DNA of 64,000 nt from Paraphysomonas bandaiensis (lineage: Eukaryota; Protista; Chrysophyceae), in NCBI GenBank assembly GCA_965644295.1, contig CBFFRP010000288.1, forward strand, positions 124,001-188,000, in the 5' to 3' direction. The notes under the pieces were generated by a model, which saw only the letters and a program-made list of their open reading frames with translations, made no database searches and was not told the DNA's origin. Each line of letters opens with the position of its first letter. Position 1 is the stretch's first letter. Positions 1-10,900 of the stretch are shown here, piece by piece. The position numbers and the translations under genes were made by a program.

Positions 1-34
1 ACACAGTGTTGGCGATGTAGGAAGCTTTAAAAAG

Positions 35-3000
35 GTGTACTACGCACCTGAAGCAAGTAAGAACCTCGTAGATATGAAGAGCATCACAGATAGGGGTTGT
101 GTTGTGACGTTCGATAATGATGAAGTCGTCATTCGAAATAAGACTACGAACAAGACACTCATTAGACAGAGAAGTGTTAATGGATTATATCCAGTTCGAC
201 TCGAAGACTTACTTCAGCTTGGAGAAGAATCCTCAGCAGCACTTGAGGAGCAGGGGTTTGATGACCAGCGAATTCTATGGCACAAAAGACTTGGCCATGT
301 CAACTATGATAAACTGACTGAGTCCGACCGCCGAGGCCTAGTTGATGGAATAAATCTGGACAAGAAATATTTCAGAAAAAAACACAAAAAAACGATATGC
401 AAATGTAATACCTGCATGCGATCGAAACTCACGAGAAAGAACTTCAGGACTCCACGCCAGTTGATGAACTTAGACAACAACCCAAAGGAGAGAGGGGTGC
501 TCAGTGCAGATACGATGGAAGTCCTAAACACGCCATCGATGGAAGGCTACAAACATGTGTTACTATTCAAGCACAGTGATGCAAAACATGTATGGGCTTA
601 TGGGTTGAAAAACAAGACTGGGAGTGAAGTGTTAAAGTGTATGAAGGACATGGTAGAGACCCAACTTGTCAAAGAAGGATTGCAACTACGACGATATCAT
701 GCAGATGGCGCAGGAGAACTAGTAGGGCAACATGTCAGGCAGTACTTACGTGAAACCACCAGCACAAGGACTGTACAGGTTACTTGGACTCCACGTGACA
801 CACCCGAAATGAATTCGCTATCGGAACGCACTAATCGTACAGTGAAGGAGATGGCCCTTGCTATATTGCTCGATAGTGGCATGCCATCAGTATTTTGGTT
901 CAAAGCAGTCTTGCATGCTGTATATCTGATCAACAGGTTACCTACGAAGACAACGAAAGGATACATCTCACCTTTTGAGTATATTACTGGAACCGCACCA
1001 GATGTGAGTGACTTGAAGATCTGGGGCTGCAAGGCATGGGCTATTGTGCCGAAGGAGCAGCGCCGCAAAGAGTGGAAAGAAAAGGGAAAACCTGGATACT
1101 ATATGGGACAATGTCAACAACCTGTTGGACACCAAATATATATTCCAGACCTGAATGCTATTATTGTTGCAGTCAATGCACAGTTTGATGAGTCAATTCC
1201 AGAGCGTTCACAGGAGTATTTCGACGAAATAGATAATCTACAAATCGACACCTCAGAAACAGCAGAGAGTGTAAATGACTATCAGTACCTGGTGGGCCTC
1301 AGACATCTTGATGGACACCTGTGTTATGTTACCACCAGAGTGATAGAGAGAAGAGGAGTCATTGTTGCATATAGGAGATTAGATATGAAAGGAAATACTA
1401 CCGAGGAGCAAACTCCAATTCATATCAAAGATGTAGTAAAGATGACTCACTCTACAAAGTGTCAGACCGACAAGTTTAATAGTTTGCGAAATGAGTTGGA
1501 TCAGACTTGTAATGACAGTGACAATGAACAGAGGACTCCTGACCGCTCAAATCGGGGCGCATCTTCAACAGGTGGGGCAGATCGAAATCCCAGAACTGAA
1601 AAACGACCTCGAAAAAAACGGCACATTGTTAACGTTGGTGTCCTCGGCGATGTCTCATTGTTTCTTGATTCCTCCAACAGCACAATTAAAGAGCCACAGA
1701 CGCTGGCAGAAGCAAAGAAGACTCCACAGAGAACATACTGGATTGAAGCTACCAGGAAGGAGGTGCACAAGCTTGAACGAAGGACATGCTGGAAGATTGT
1801 CCGAAGGCCGAAACACCGAAAAATCATAAAATCTAAATTGGTCTTTAAAGTAAAGCGCGACCATCTTGGAAAAATTAAGAAGTTCAAAGTTCGACTTGTG
1901 GCGAAAGGGTTTACTCAAGAACAAGGAGTCGACTATAATGAGACATTCTCCCCAGTAGCTAAAGGTGTATCATTTAGGCTAGCACTAGCACTGGCTCTGC
2001 GATACAATCTGCAACTCCGTCAACTCGATGTAGAAACGGCATTTCCGTATGCAGATCTGGACGAAGACGTGTTTATGTCTCCACCTGCAGGAATAGATAT
2101 TCCACAAGGCTGTTGTTTGAAGATTCTGAAGAGTTTGTATGGCCTAAAACAAGCGCCTCGAAATTGGCATTCAATGCTGAAGGACAGTATAAAGGCGATG
2201 GGGTATAAACAATGTGTTCTTGACCCATGTTTATTTGTACTCAAGGGTACTGATGATAACCTACATATGATACTTGTGTATGTAGATGATATCATTGTGC
2301 TCAGCTCTGACAGCCGTCATATTGAAGAAGTCATCAGCGCCTTTAAGACTCAATATGCCATGCAAGATATGGGGGACCTTAAGCATTATTTAGGTCTTAC
2401 CATTGAGCGTCATAATGGCCAGATTAAGTTACATCAGTCTGCATATGCTAAAGATGTTGTGGCCAGATTCAATCACTTGTTGTCAGAAAAGAAGAGACGG
2501 TGCAAGGCAACCACACCTCTACCACCTGGCCTAAAGTTGTCCAAGGATGCAAAAGAGGAAGAAACTCGAAAACAGAGAGAATACGTTGATGCATTTCCCT
2601 ATCAATCTGTTATTGGTGCCTTAATGTATTTGGCAGTGCATACTAGACCAGACATGGCATATACAGTAAATCTTCTCTCCCGGTTCACCACAAGACCCAC
2701 GTACGCTGCATGTCAAGCTGCTCTGCATACTTTATTGTATTTAGAAAATACAGTTGATCAAGGTATCATATTTCCTAATTTCACAGATGAAGACCCTCTA
2801 TGTGTGTACTCTGATGCAGATTGGGCCGGAGATCTGGATACATGCAGATCCACTACAGGGTATATCGTATATCTGTGGGGTGCTCCAATTGCATGGCAGT
2901 CCAGACTGCAGCCAACAGTGGCTACGTCGACTATGGAAGCTGAATATATGGCTGCATATGCTGCAATTCAGGAGATTGTATGGATACGAGGGGTGATGAC

Positions 3001-3277
3001 AGAGCTCGGAATTCGTGGATTTGAGCTCAGTAAGAATGCGTCTCCAACAATCTTGAATATGGACAGCAAGAGTGCGATTGATCTAGCTCAGAACCCGGTA
3101 AATCATAAACGTTCCAAGCATATTCGGATCAAGTATCATTGGATTCGAGAGCAAGTGGGAGGCTGTATCGTCAGGCTGAATCATGTGCCAACGGCAGAGA
3201 TGACAGCAGACGTGATGACTAAAGCCTTGTCCGAGAAGCTGCACTATCAGCATGTGCACACTATGGTATCGCACTAA
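35..3277 (+). CDS. Copia pol polyprotein (GAG-pre-integrase, integrase, RT, RNase H); frame probably begins upstream of the window
   Basis: WHKRLGH...CxxC zinc motif; integrase SAD/HADGAGE/SERTNR; RT KVRLVAKGF, LYGLKQA, YVDD; RNase H YSDADW, EAEY, DSKSAI, ADVMTK. Uninterrupted 1080 aa. Confidence 0.96.
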   Translation: MYYAPEASKNLVDMKSITDRGCVVTFDNDEVVIRNKTTNKTLIRQRSVNGLYPVRLEDLLQLGEESSAALEEQGFDDQRILWHKRLGHVNYDKLTESDRRGLVDGINLDKKYFRKKHKKTICKCNTCMRSKLTRKNFRTPRQLMNLDNNPKERGVLSADTMEVLNTPSMEGYKHVLLFKHSDAKHVWAYGLKNKTGSEVLKCMKDMVETQLVKEGLQLRRYHADGAGELVGQHVRQYLRETTSTRTVQVTWTPRDTPEMNSLSERTNRTVKEMALAILLDSGMPSVFWFKAVLHAVYLINRLPTKTTKGYISPFEYITGTAPDVSDLKIWGCKAWAIVPKEQRRKEWKEKGKPGYYMGQCQQPVGHQIYIPDLNAIIVAVNAQFDESIPERSQEYFDEIDNLQIDTSETAESVNDYQYLVGLRHLDGHLCYVTTRVIERRGVIVAYRRLDMKGNTTEEQTPIHIKDVVKMTHSTKCQTDKFNSLRNELDQTCNDSDNEQRTPDRSNRGASSTGGADRNPRTEKRPRKKRHIVNVGVLGDVSLFLDSSNSTIKEPQTLAEAKKTPQRTYWIEATRKEVHKLERRTCWKIVRRPKHRKIIKSKLVFKVKRDHLGKIKKFKVRLVAKGFTQEQGVDYNETFSPVAKGVSFRLALALALRYNLQLRQLDVETAFPYADLDEDVFMSPPAGIDIPQGCCLKILKSLYGLKQAPRNWHSMLKDSIKAMGYKQCVLDPCLFVLKGTDDNLHMILVYVDDIIVLSSDSRHIEEVISAFKTQYAMQDMGDLKHYLGLTIERHNGQIKLHQSAYAKDVVARFNHLLSEKKRRCKATTPLPPGLKLSKDAKEEETRKQREYVDAFPYQSVIGALMYLAVHTRPDMAYTVNLLSRFTTRPTYAACQAALHTLLYLENTVDQGIIFPNFTDEDPLCVYSDADWAGDLDTCRSTTGYIVYLWGAPIAWQSRLQPTVATSTMEAEYMAAYAAIQEIVWIRGVMTELGIRGFELSKNASPTILNMDSKSAIDLAQNPVNHKRSKHIRIKYHWIREQVGGCIVRLNHVPTAEMTADVMTKALSEKLHYQHVHTMVSH

Positions 3278-3325
3278 GTAGACTTGCTCATCACAGTATA
3301 TTCTGATATGTTCATTGAGTGGGAG

Positions 3326-3562
3326 TATTGAACTACAACCAACTCCTACGTGCGTACTTGAAGTTTGGTAAAGTCAATCGCTAGTAGTTATCCTGTATTC
3401 TATGTAGCAATGAAATACAGAATATACATGACTACAGTATAGGAGTAGCTATTACAAGTATACAAAGAAACTGAAAATATAGTAGCTGTTAAAGATATGA
3501 TTTGTAGAACAGAATGTTGATGTTGGTGAATGACGTGGTTCCTAACTCACAGGGCTACAACA
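3326..3562 (+). repeat. Putative 3' LTR (~237 bp)
   Basis: Starts directly after the PPT; termini TATTG / CAACA form an imperfect inverted repeat. The 5' LTR is not in the window, so the right boundary is unconfirmed. Confidence 0.6.
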
Positions 3563-3648
3563 TCATAAACTTACTATATCTCCTATAATATCAATCAGTC
3601 AATATTGCACTAACTAAAAGCGTAAATTAATATGTTTATATTTTATAT

Positions 3649-4870
3649 CAGGGCTAGGAAACAATATATTGCAATACTATTGATAGATAGCGTTCCAACA
3701 ATACTATTGATGGAGATTTTAAACAGGCTCAACAATACAATTACAATATATTGCAATATATTGTCAATATATTGCAATATATTAGTATGACTAATCAGTA
3801 AGTAAACACATCCGTAGATTCCATTTTTAGTATTAGTCATTGATCTTATGACAACCAAACCCACAACTGCTTATAGCTACTAAAAATCCACCTCATTCTC
3901 ATCCTCTGAGCCATCGTCGCTGTCGTCAACATCACCATATTCATCCAAAATTAATTCTGAGGCTGCTTAAACTTCCCCATGAGTAGGTCTACGTGCCGAA
4001 TGAGAGGTCTAATGCCTTGGTCAGGTCTTGTCACAACTCCTTCCTTATTTCGCTTCTCTTTGCTCCCGAGGAGTTCATTGACCGCAAGGTTAAGTCGATG
4101 AGATGACATCCAACTAGGGTCACACCTATACACTATTGAAAAGTTATAACAGACGACGATTTAACTCAAACAAAGGTATTACCGGAATCGTTTGCCAGCT
4201 TTCTGTTTGTAGCGCAGTTGTCCCCAATGCAAAACTCAACAATAATGCAAACATTATCAGCATTAATCACTCTACCCACTCTCAAAAATGTTTTAGCTTT
4301 GCCCGAAGGTTGGAAAACAAAAGCATCCATAGGACCATTGGTGCAGACAACCCGTAAATACTTCTTCATGGAATCTTCCCACTCACCATCATACATGTGA
4401 CGATGTGTGGTTCTTCAAGTTGTTGTAGCCATTCGATATCTTCTGCACTCGTATGCGCCCACAGACTTTGTATTCGTGCTTGTTTGGTTCGCCTTCAACC
4501 GGACTCCAAAAACAGCGGTAGATATCTCTACTTTTGTATGCATTCATCGTTCAGTTGTCTCTTCTTATCACTATAGGATATATATACTCTATTAAGAGAA
4601 GTACTGTACATACATGTGGAGGGGTGTAGAGTATTGTTTGAGCTGGCGATACATAAAAAATAGAAATTAACATAAAAATAGGCTTCTTTCTTATTTTCCG
4701 GATATTTATATACATGGACTTGTATTTTTTACCCTACAGTTAAGGATCTTCTCTTATATGACTATCATGATATTGATTGCAATATATTGCAATATATTGT
4801 GAGCCACTTTAACAGAAACAATATTGATGGGATTTTTGGCCGGTCGAACAATCAATATATTTTACAATAG
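3649..4870 (-). mobile_element. Degenerate hAT family A copy (one TIR retained, other end truncated)
   Basis: TIR CAGGGCTAGGAAACAATATATTG at 3649. Minus-strand fragments KKYLRVVCTNGPMDAFVFQPS (matches the 33878 ORF) and SHRLNLAV. Region 4540-4870 is the reverse complement of 33560-33880. Confidence 0.88.
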
Positions 4871-5052
4871 TTTTTATTTTGTATAAACACTGTGTGAAAT
4901 TGGTACAACAGTACAACAAGTGTTGTTGATTGTGTAAGGCAGTGATATATGATATATTTAGATATATTATATATTTTAGTAAAAAAAATACTTATTTCAA
5001 AATGGATTTGCGAATCGCTCATCATGTTGGATGAATATTTAGTATTTCTACT

Positions 5053-7355
5053 CAGGCTTGCGTAACCATTAATGGTAATGGCCATTTATGGCCATTAATG
5101 GCCATTAATGGCCTTCCCCCATAAAATGGAAAAAAAGCAATTCATTAATGGCCATAAAAATGGGGGAGAGATGTAGTGCCCATTAATGGCCATTAATGGC
5201 AATATCCATTAGTTAGTATCCAGTTGTCAGCATCATGTGAGAATACGTGACAAGCCACGACCTTCCGGTGCATTATTAGTTATTAATATATTATATACGT
5301 ATTTAAGTCATTTAAACAATCTGTTTTAAGAATTCATATAAATTCTATTGATGTGATAACAGCACAATCATGTTGTGAATGTTAACATGAATTGATTGTA
5401 CCACCTTCTTTTCTAGTTTTAAATTCACAGCCCAGCCACTTGTCAGCATAAGCAATAAGAACTTTATGTAATATATTATAATACAAAAAGGTAAAGATAT
5501 GTAAAGACTGTGAGTATATAGTGAATAAGCAATGAACGGAGACGTTTAAACCCTAATTTAAACGAGAAGAAAATACAACACGAGTGGCTCGATCATATTT
5601 GCAATGTGTAGGTAAATTGCCCATGTCAAAGGTAGACATTCAGAAGGCTGGGAACAGGCTTTGGAGAGTGCTTTGGAACAGCAAAAGACAAAGGGGGGGA
5701 CCATATCTAGCTATATGGAGAGGACAGTGACAAGGAAAGCCATCAATATTCACAAATGGTTAGAGTGGGTAATTATGGGTGACCAGCCTTTTTCCTTTGT
5801 GGAGAATTCTTTCACTCGAAAGAACACTAATTTGGAGTCGATTTCACGTACAACTCTGATGAAGTATCTTGAAAAACTTGGGTTGTCTGTGGAGAATGCA
5901 ATAAAACACATCATCCCCAATTCTTTCGGTCTTATTTTCGATGGTTGGACTTGCGGAACCGAGCACTACATAGCAATTTTTGCAACATGGTCAGATGGTA
6001 AAGGCAATGTAACAACTGTATTGTTGTGTTGTGGTCCACAGGATGAGGTGGACGATGACGATAATGATGAAGATATTGACTTTACAGCTGAGTCTATCGG
6101 AGATTACATTTTCGACGAATTAAATCTTGTTGGTCGCAATTTTGATAACATTGAATTCGTGGCTGGTGATAACTGTAGCGTCAACAGAAAATTGGCACGA
6201 TTGCTCCGAGTGCCTTTACTGGGTTGCGCATCTCACAAATTAAACCTTGCAGTTTCCAAACTTTATGAAGGTGAAGATGATTTGCTAGACGTAGTGCAAA
6301 ATCTTATGAAGAAACTACGAACCTTGAAGAATTCATCAATGTTACGAAAAGTATCTGGTTATGCTGCTTGTCTTAGGAATGACACACGCTGGAACTCTGT
6401 CCATCATTCATGGAAGCGGTATTTGTTACTTTCTCCTGTGTTGACTTGTGATAACTTTAATGACGATGTTACTGACTTGCTACTTTCTGTACCACAGCAC
6501 CGACGGATCGCGCAAGTAACATCAGACCTTGCTAAGTGCAACGAAGTCGCATTGATGCTGCAGAAATCGTCTGTAGATCATTATGTTGTGCGTAGCATGT
6601 TCGACAAACTTATTGAAAACTTCCCAGATATGGAACAGTATCTTGGTGCTAATGCTACCATTACAACTGACCCATTATTCGAGAGAGCTGTTGTCAAGAT
6701 CCAAAGCCAACTGGAGAATACTCTGACTGTTGCAGAATCTAAAACCGTTAAGGGCTATCTCCTTGCGGCTCATAAGGATGACGATAGCAGTGGCGATGAT
6801 GAAACGGGGGAAACAGGAGGATTTGCTGTGGGTATAGTGAGAGAAGCTGTGGCAAAAAAGGCAAAGAACAGCAGGAGAGCCACTAAATATCGCTCCATGA
6901 ATCATTTGGTGACGACTTCCAATATTGTTGAGCGATTATTCAGCAGAGCAAAACTTATTATGAGAGACCAGCGCAAGCTAATGGAACCCCAACATTTGGA
7001 GCTGCTACTCTTTTTGCGTTTTGCAACAAATTCTTATGGAACGAAGTTACCATTGATGATATTATAGTTGCTGATGATGTTTAAGAATATTGTTCGTATT
7101 AGCTATCTGACCTGACTGTAACATGGGAACGAACTGCTCATCATTGCTGTTAAATAGCTAGTTCTTAGTCTAATTATTAGCACTTTCCATTTACTTCTTT
7201 CTAAAAAGCAATAAAGCAATAGTAATCAAACCATAAATGGTCCATTAATGGCCATTAATGGCCATAAAAATGGTGGGATTTTTAAAATTAATGGCCATAA
7301 AAATGGGGGAAGCAATGCGTCGCCATTAATGGCCATTAATGGTTACGCAAGCCTG
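5053..7355 (+). mobile_element. hAT DNA transposon family B, 2303 bp
   Basis: Perfect 23-bp TIR CAGGCTTGCGTAACCATTAATGG at both ends; 8-bp TSD TTTCTACT (5045-5052, 7356-7363); subterminal CCATTAATGG repeats. Confidence 0.96.
5661..7067 (+). pseudogene. hAT transposase, N-terminus disrupted, frameshift near 7020
   Basis: FDGWT, GDNC, CASHKLNL, TRWNS, SNIVERLFSRAK. The family-like C-terminus CNKFLWNEVTI continues in another frame after FLR. No ATG at the ORF start. Confidence 0.85.
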
Positions 7356-7418
7356 TTTCTACTCGGCTCTTAGAGTAATACTCAAATATATTACTTCCAT
7401 TGTTGCTATGTTTGAGTC

Positions 7419-7770
7419 TGTTGAGTTCTGCTATATGAGAGCAATTGAAAGCTGTAGTTATAAAAGGTATTTAAATTACTGTAGTATATAGTTGTAGTCT
7501 TGTTAATCGTATTGTGAGAATGAATGACGATAATCATATAGCGGTAAAACGGAATATAGTGACGATGCAAGTTGTAGTGACGATGTAAGATCGTCGTACG
7601 AGAAAAGAGTGGTAGTGGAGACGACATACATGATATTGATGAATGATAAGAGATATTGATTATAATTTATAATTCTCAGCATTGAGTATAAGTTACCTTC
7701 TGTTGTTAAGTTAATACTTCTCATATAATGTCAAACCTTGATAGAGTCTAGCAAGCAGTTGGTTCTACAG
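7419..7770 (+). repeat. LTR-like dispersed repeat beginning TGTTGAGTTCTGC
   Basis: 7419-7520 aligns with the reverse complement of 35517-35616; same start as the copies at 16883 and 48588. 3' boundary uncertain. Confidence 0.55.
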
Positions 7771-7980
7771 ATAACCTTCAGTCTTCGCCAAGTATGCTTT
7801 GGATATTCTCAAGAAATCAGTATCACATTTGTTAAAGCTATTTATTACTAGCGTTTTTACCCAGCGCATTATCACAACTAAAATACAGTCGTAACAGCAT
7901 TCAATTCACTTGACGATTCCTTCTCATCACATAACAAACCCTGACCTCTTCTTCAATGCACTATACGCTACTTGAATTCG

Positions 7981-10900
7981 TTAAAGTGCATTGTCATACA
8001 TCCACTTAAGAGTTAAGTAGCGCCTTCCCCTCTCCTTCGCAACTTCATCGATGTTTTTGTGCTTGGCGAGCGCCTTAAAGATTGCCCGTATCATAGCATA
8101 CGGGTGCCTCCTCCCAACAATCTTACATGAGCAACTGACAATTCCAAACTGATTGAATATCATCTGCGCAAGAGGACTCGCCACCATTACACGTTCTTTA
8201 GGCGTAGAACGAATGTATACCCAGCAGTTGTTATCCCTTCCGAAGAGATCATGAGCAAGGGAAGCATTTTCGTATAGATCCAGATATATTAAATTATTCA
8301 GAGCTGCCCTGTTATTACATGTTAGAACAGTTGTGGGATAAACTGATAAGCAATATGGACGAGCTCAACAGGCTCAACTGTCTCGCACAGGCAGTAGACA
8401 GCGCAAATGTACCTGAATGCATTTTTGAGTGATACAGGGGCAGTTTCACCTTTGCCCATTCCATACCCCCCTACACCTCTCATGTTTCCTATCACCACAA
8501 GAGTACGATAAGACATCACCCGCCCTCCGGTTGTGATCTTTTGTGTAGTATCTTCATGAACAATAACACCACTCCATACATGCCCATCTGAATCCGTCAG
8601 TGTATCAGCATCAAATCTGTCATATTTATCTTTCTCTTTCGCGCTATCCAGGAACCTCTCGTCCAAGTCCTTCTCTAAATCATCCATGGACAGCCCTTCT
8701 ACATTGTCCAGCGATTCACCACTTTCCAATTCGTCATCTTCTTCGGAATCGTCGTCGGCGTATTCTGCTTCTTCTTCTTCTCTTTTATCCTTTCCTTTCC
8801 GTGTGCGCCTCTCAATGGCACGCTCTAATCGTCTCTGTTCCTTTTCCTCGGCTTTCTGGGTCTGGAGGTAGTTGTAAGACCTTGGATCCATCTCTAGCCG
8901 GTCGAAATCTGCTTGTTCGGAAAGAACAAAGTTGTTCCATGAGTATATGTCGTCCGCCTCCTGCGGTCCAAGAGCAGCTTCCCAATCCGCAAAGTCACTA
9001 GAAAATTTAAGCATGTCTTCCCTCTGAATATATAGTTGAAATAGCCGACCAGTATTAACCGACAGTTTTTCAACGATATGCTGCGGCGCTTGTTCCGTAT
9101 TCCCAGAATATGCCGTCATCATCTTGTTCAAGGCCTCTCGCTCGCCTAATAGCGTACGAGCTTCAGATTTGATTTCATTGGGCGCAGTCTCATCCAGAAT
9201 GTAGCTGATATCCTTGCTACCCTAGAGTGGTGGTAACAATTATCCACAAAAACTTTAAAAACATTTTTAACACATACAAGACAAGTGTTCTAAACATATA
9301 TAGAGCACCCATGGTAATTATTGTGGTCAAGGCCGAAAATATGTAGACAGCCTACCTGAGCAGTGAAAAGAGCTCTCTCAAAGTAGTTTCTCGCCATCTG
9401 ATAGCGAATCGCCGGCTCCGCACTAAGGTAATCTTTCATCATCATGTGGAAGTGCATTCTGTCGAACCCTTCTTCCCCGCCCTCTCCATCGTACTCAGAA
9501 TCGCCATCGTACTCGATTGCATGATTGCGTTGGGGGTTCAGCCTGACACCATCAATTTGCACCCCTCGTAGAGCTTTCATGCCTGGAATCACCTGCACGA
9601 TTTGTTAAAATGTTAAATATTAATAAGAGCGGTGGGTACTGCACATTACTACGTCGAATCAAAGTAAAATAGAAATACACGTTGTTACTGTGAAACGTAC
9701 ATTGGCATGCTTCTTAAATTTTACTGTGCCCGCTCTTTCTGCCTTCAACACATCAACATCCGGGCCAATTGCTTCGATAACACATTCTGCTGACTGGTCA
9801 CTTGGCACTCCAATGACCTCAATGGCATAGGAAGGGTAGATCGACAGACTCGATAATACTTTACCGCCCCCATGATAGGCAGTAGAGACGGCACCACCTG
9901 TAGTAGCACTTTCGTTATCCTCATCGTCTGGACCATTGGATGGCGCAAGAAGTTGGATACTTCCGTTCACGAAAGCATTGTGTGACCGATTCGACTGAAC
10001 AATAAATTAACGGTGTGCAAACGCCAACGAAATCACAGATTCCATGTACTACATATCGACTACAAAACAAAAGCTTACTTTATCTGTATTTTCAAATCCC
10101 ACATAGGCGGAAATGTTTGTATCGGTTGAGAATGACTTGAAGCTAATACCAGCGTTCATCAGAGCCGACTCAATTGTATCTCTGGAAGGCATTTCGTTCT
10201 CAGCAAAAACAAACTCCAAGCCTATACTCAAATGTCAAAAGGTATAGCTATTGTCTTCTCTATAAAACTACGTATCACCAATTCATCCTCCACATAGTAG
10301 ATCATCAATAGATAGTGTAACAGTATTGCACAATAATTTAAAGGTATTCAGATATAGTTATCGTCATCTCTTCAATAAGACAGGTAGTGACAAAACTATG
10401 TATCATCATAATACCCAATGTACAGTATACAACAACAATCACGTACAAACATTAATACGATATTCAGATATAGTTATCGTCATCTCTTCAATAAGACAGG
10501 TAGTGACAAAACTATGTATCATCATAATACCCAATGTACCGAATACAACAACAATCACGTACAAACATTAATAAGATTTTCATATTGGGTATTCAGATAT
10601 AGTTATCATCATCTCTTCAATAAGACAGGTAGTGACAAAACTATATATCATCATAATACCCAATGTACAGTATACAACAACAATCACGTACAAACATTAA
10701 TACGATATTCAGATATAGTTATCGTCATCTCTTCAATAAGACAGGTAGTGACAAAACTATGTATCATCATAATACCCAATGTACCGAATACAACAACAAT
10801 CACGTACAAACATTAATAAGATTTTCATATTGGGTATTCAGATATAGTTATCGTCATCTCTTCAATAAGACAGGTAGTGACAAAACTGTGTATCATCATA

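Larger units (their letters stand above)
1..3562 (+). mobile_element. Ty1/Copia LTR retrotransposon, 3' part (5' end outside window)
   Basis: Pol order integrase-RT-RNaseH. Purine-rich tract GAGTGGGAG at 3317-3325 is followed by a putative 3' LTR TATTG...CAACA (3326-3562). Confidence 0.93.
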
